The notes under the pieces: model-generated
Databases searched by the model: none
The model's input: the letters and a program-made list of their open reading frames with translations, nothing else
Told to the model about the DNA's origin: nothing
Shown: piece after piece, positions 60,447 through 64,000 of the stretch
Position numbering within the stretch: the stretch's first letter is position 1
How the letters are laid out: every line of letters starts with the position of its first letter
Position numbers and translations under genes: made by a program
Assembly: GCF_009914755.1 (NCBI RefSeq)
Contig: NC_060927.1
DNA from: the human T2T-CHM13v2.0 reference genome, Homo sapiens
Length of the DNA stretch: 64,000 nt
Strand: one strand, 5' to 3'

Positions 60447-61608
60447 GGGGTGGGGTGGGGATAGCGTGGGGGTAGTGTGGGGGTGGGGGTGGGGTGGGGG
60501 TGGGGTGGGGTGGGGGTGGGATGGGGGTGGGGTGGGGTAGGGTGGGGGGGGTGGGGTGGGGGTGCGATGGTGGGATGGGGGTGGGATGGGGGTGGGGTGG
60601 GGGTGGGATGGGGGTAGGGTGGGGGGGTGGGGTGGGGGTGGGGTGGGGGTGGGATGGGGGTGGGATGGGGGTGGGTGGGGGTGGGATGGGGTGGGGTGGG
60701 GGTGGGGGTGGGATGGGGGTAGGGTGAGGGGGTGGGGTGGGGGGGTGGGGGTGGGGTGGGGGGTGTGATGGGATGGGGGTGGGTGGGGGTGGGGTGGGGT
60801 GGGGGTGGGGTGGGGGTGGGGTGGGATGGGGTGGGATGGGGGTGGGGGGTGTGATGGTGGGATGGGGGTGGGATGGGGGTGGGGGTGGGGTGGGGGTGGG
60901 GTGGGGGTGGGGTGGGGGTGGGATGGGGTAGGGTGGGGGGGTGGGGTGGGGGTGCGATGGTGGGATGGGGGTGGGATGGGGTAGGGTGGGGGGTGGGGTG
61001 GGGGTGCGATGGGGGTGGGGTGGGGGTGGGGTGGGGGTGGGATGGGGTGGGTTGGGGGTGGGGTGGGGGTGGGGTGGGGGTGGGATGGGGGTGGGGTGGG
61101 GGGTGGGATGGGGGTGGGGTGGGGGTGGGGTGGGGGTGGGATGGAGGTGGGGTGGGGGTGGGATGGGGGTGGGGTGGGGGTGGGGTGGGGGTGGGGTGGG
61201 GGTGGGATGGGGGTGGGGTGGGGGTGGGGTGGGGGGGTGGGGGTGGGGTGGGGGTGGGGTGGTGGTGGGATGGGGGTGGGGTGGGGGTGGGGTGGGGGTG
61301 GGGTGGGGGGGTGGGGGTGGGGTGGGGGTGGGGTGGGGGGTGGCATGGGGGTGGGGTGGGGGTGGGGTGGGGGTGGGATGGAGGTGGGGTGGGGGTGGGA
61401 TGGAGGTGGGGTGGGGGTGGGGTGGGGGTGGGGTGGGGGTGGGGTGGGGGTGGGGTGGGGGGGTGGGGGTGGGGTGGGGGTGGGGTGGTGGTGGGATGGG
61501 GGTGGGGTGGGGGGTGGGATGGGGGTGGGGTGGGGGTGGGATGGAGGTGGGGTGGGGGTGGGATGGGGGTGGGGTGGGGGTGGGGTGGGGGTAGGGTGGG
61601 GGTGGGGT
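60447..61608. repeat. ~1.16 kb G-rich simple repeat (GGGGT/GGGGGT/GGGAT)n
   Basis: Near-continuous G3-G7 runs separated by T or AT; almost no C on the + strand. Confidence 0.98.
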
Positions 61609-62005
61609 GTCATTGGCAACTACAATAATAGTAACACCATGGTCTTTCCGCTTCCCCCTTCCACCACATGAAGCCCCTGTTTCAAATGCCCTCTCAGACC
61701 CCTCCCCAGGTCTTCCCGACTCCCCTCCTCTTTCCGCTCCCCACTGGAGATGCTGCCAGGAAAACAGAGGTCCTGGAGAATACGTTCACTCGGCTACAGG
61801 GAGAGGAGGAGGCTGAGAAGCCGGAACAACCAGCTCATCCTGAAAGCAGAGGCCCATGAGGCCCCTTTGTGACCCAAAAGATTCCCACCCTGAATGAGTC
61901 TGAGCACACACACGTGTGACCCCACACACACACACTCATTCACTCACTCATAGCCCAGAACTTGCCCCTTATTATTTTACCTGAAATTTCAGCATCTGGA
62001 AATTA

Positions 62006-62479
<474 letters not shown>

Positions 62480-62752
62480 TCATGAAATATCTTTTTTCTT
62501 TGAGAAATGCAGCCCCTGGCTCCAATCAGCTAATTTTCAAACCTTTGATCCATTGATCCATTGGGCAGTCTGGGCTTGCTTGGTTCTTGGTTCAGTGACA
62601 GACAGCAGAGGGTGAGAGAAATGGCACAGGGCTGAGAGCCATGAAGTCACTGGGTGAGTCCCTTCCCCTTGCCAGGCCTCAGTTTCCCAGTCTGTAAAAT
62701 AAGGGGGTTGGAAGGGCTGACTCTAGGGCTGACTCTGACCTTTTCTCTCCAG

Positions 62753-62990
62753 GCATAGGTGAACGGTGTGACCACACCAGGCCAGGGAAGAAACACGTGC
62801 CCAGCCTGCCATCTGCCCTCCTGTCTTGGAGCCAGGTCTTTCCACCAGCTTCCTTCATCTTTTAACACTTGGTGAAAAGGAATGACACGTCAGTCAAAGC
62901 CCCTGGCCGGTGCTCATGGAGCATCTGGCAGGAGGAAGCCCCTTCCTGGCTGGCCTCCCATTCATCAGTCAGCGCCGCAGGCTGGGCCAG
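62753..62990 (+). other. Candidate exon (238 nt)
   Basis: Branch-like CTGAC plus CTTTTCTCTCCAG| acceptor; consensus donor CAG|GTAAGG. Confidence 0.45.
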
Positions 62991-64000
62991 GTAAGGTTTC
63001 AGTGGCTGCTGATGGCGGCTGCCCGGCAAGGGTTCTGGCCAAGTCCGCCCCCTCGTTCCTTTCTAACTGGGCTTTGGGAAGTTTTCAGGACTTCCCAACT
63101 CGGCAGCATGCCCACTGCCACAGTCCCCACCCACCCTGCAACATGAGGAAGGCACAGAAGCCCAAGCCAGGCAGAGCAGTGCTCCCTGCATCACCCACAG
63201 GCAGCCCGGGGAGCGCGGGCCTCCCGAGAGCCAGCCCAGGCCTGGATGGCCCACTGGGGAGGGCAAGGAGGGGAAGAGGGGAAGGGAGGCTGTGCCAAGG
63301 GCTGTGCCTGTGTTTCAGGGACAGCTGTGGAACCTGAGCTGGGAGGCAGCTGTGAAAGGCAAGAAACAAGGAAAGGGGACAGAAGTCACCCGGTCGGTGA
63401 GCCAGCTCGGAGGCAGGCAGAGAAAGCAAGAGAAGGGGCCTCTCCTGCCGTCATCCTAACCTCCCAGGTCCTCCCCAAAGGCTCCCAGCCCTTCCCCAGA
63501 CACTCCCCAGTCTCCTCCCTGTCCCCACCACCATCCCTCTGGCCCTGATTTACAGCTGGGCAGTCACGGGACAGATTCTGGTTAAGCCTCAGAAACATAC
63601 ACCCAGCAAGGGGTTTGGATTTTCTCCTTCCTACCCTCCCTCGAGACTCTTCCGTGGAGGAGGAAGAGAAGCAGATCCAGCCTGGAGAAGCCAGGCCCCG
63701 AGGCCCTCTGGCACCCTGACTCCAGCACCCTGGTCTAACATGCAGTAGGAGAAATGAGGTCTGGAAGGGTGAACAGGCAGCCGGCCCCCCATGAGGCCTT
63801 GACCTCAGGCCCCGGCTGGGTTGGCAACAGCTCTTCTTGGCTCAGACAGGCTCCCTTGGAAACAAACCTCTGTTACTCACTTCTTTCCTCTAGTTGGCTG
63901 ACAAGGGAGCCGAAGCTGTTGGCTCAAATCTTTTTTTTTCTTTTTAACCTCTCCTCCATTTTTTTTTCTGCTGCTAAAAAATTTGTTTTGCAAGATATAG

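Noticed and set aside
60393-61671. 408-aa Pro/His/Thr ORF (-) and 217-251-aa Gly/Val/Trp ORFs (+)
   Set aside because: Direct translations of the (GGGGT)n repeat, which contains almost no stop codons; no domain or exon context.

Overview
This is primate, very probably human, non-coding genomic DNA, either intergenic or intronic; I could not identify the locus. A large share is interspersed repeat: about 29 Alu/FLAM copies, a decayed near-full-length L1MC-type LINE at ~20.7-29.3 kb, other L1M, L2 and MIR fragments, MaLR/ERVL solo LTRs and MER DNA-transposon relics. Repeat subfamily calls come from remembered consensus sequences and need RepeatMasker confirmation. No protein-coding gene, tRNA, rRNA or CRISPR array is supported. 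Every long ORF in the track is explained by Alu/L1 relics or stop-poor tandem repeats. The most notable unexplained structure is a ~1.16 kb (GGGGT/GGGAT)n G-rich tract, two GC-rich minisatellites whose unit variants toggle transcription-factor motifs, and three well-formed + strand candidate exons that suggest a spliced non-coding transcript. There are also several unusual retrotransposition or slippage scars. I found no convincing evidence of a novel multi-gene biological system; the findings are hypotheses about regulation and genome dynamics.
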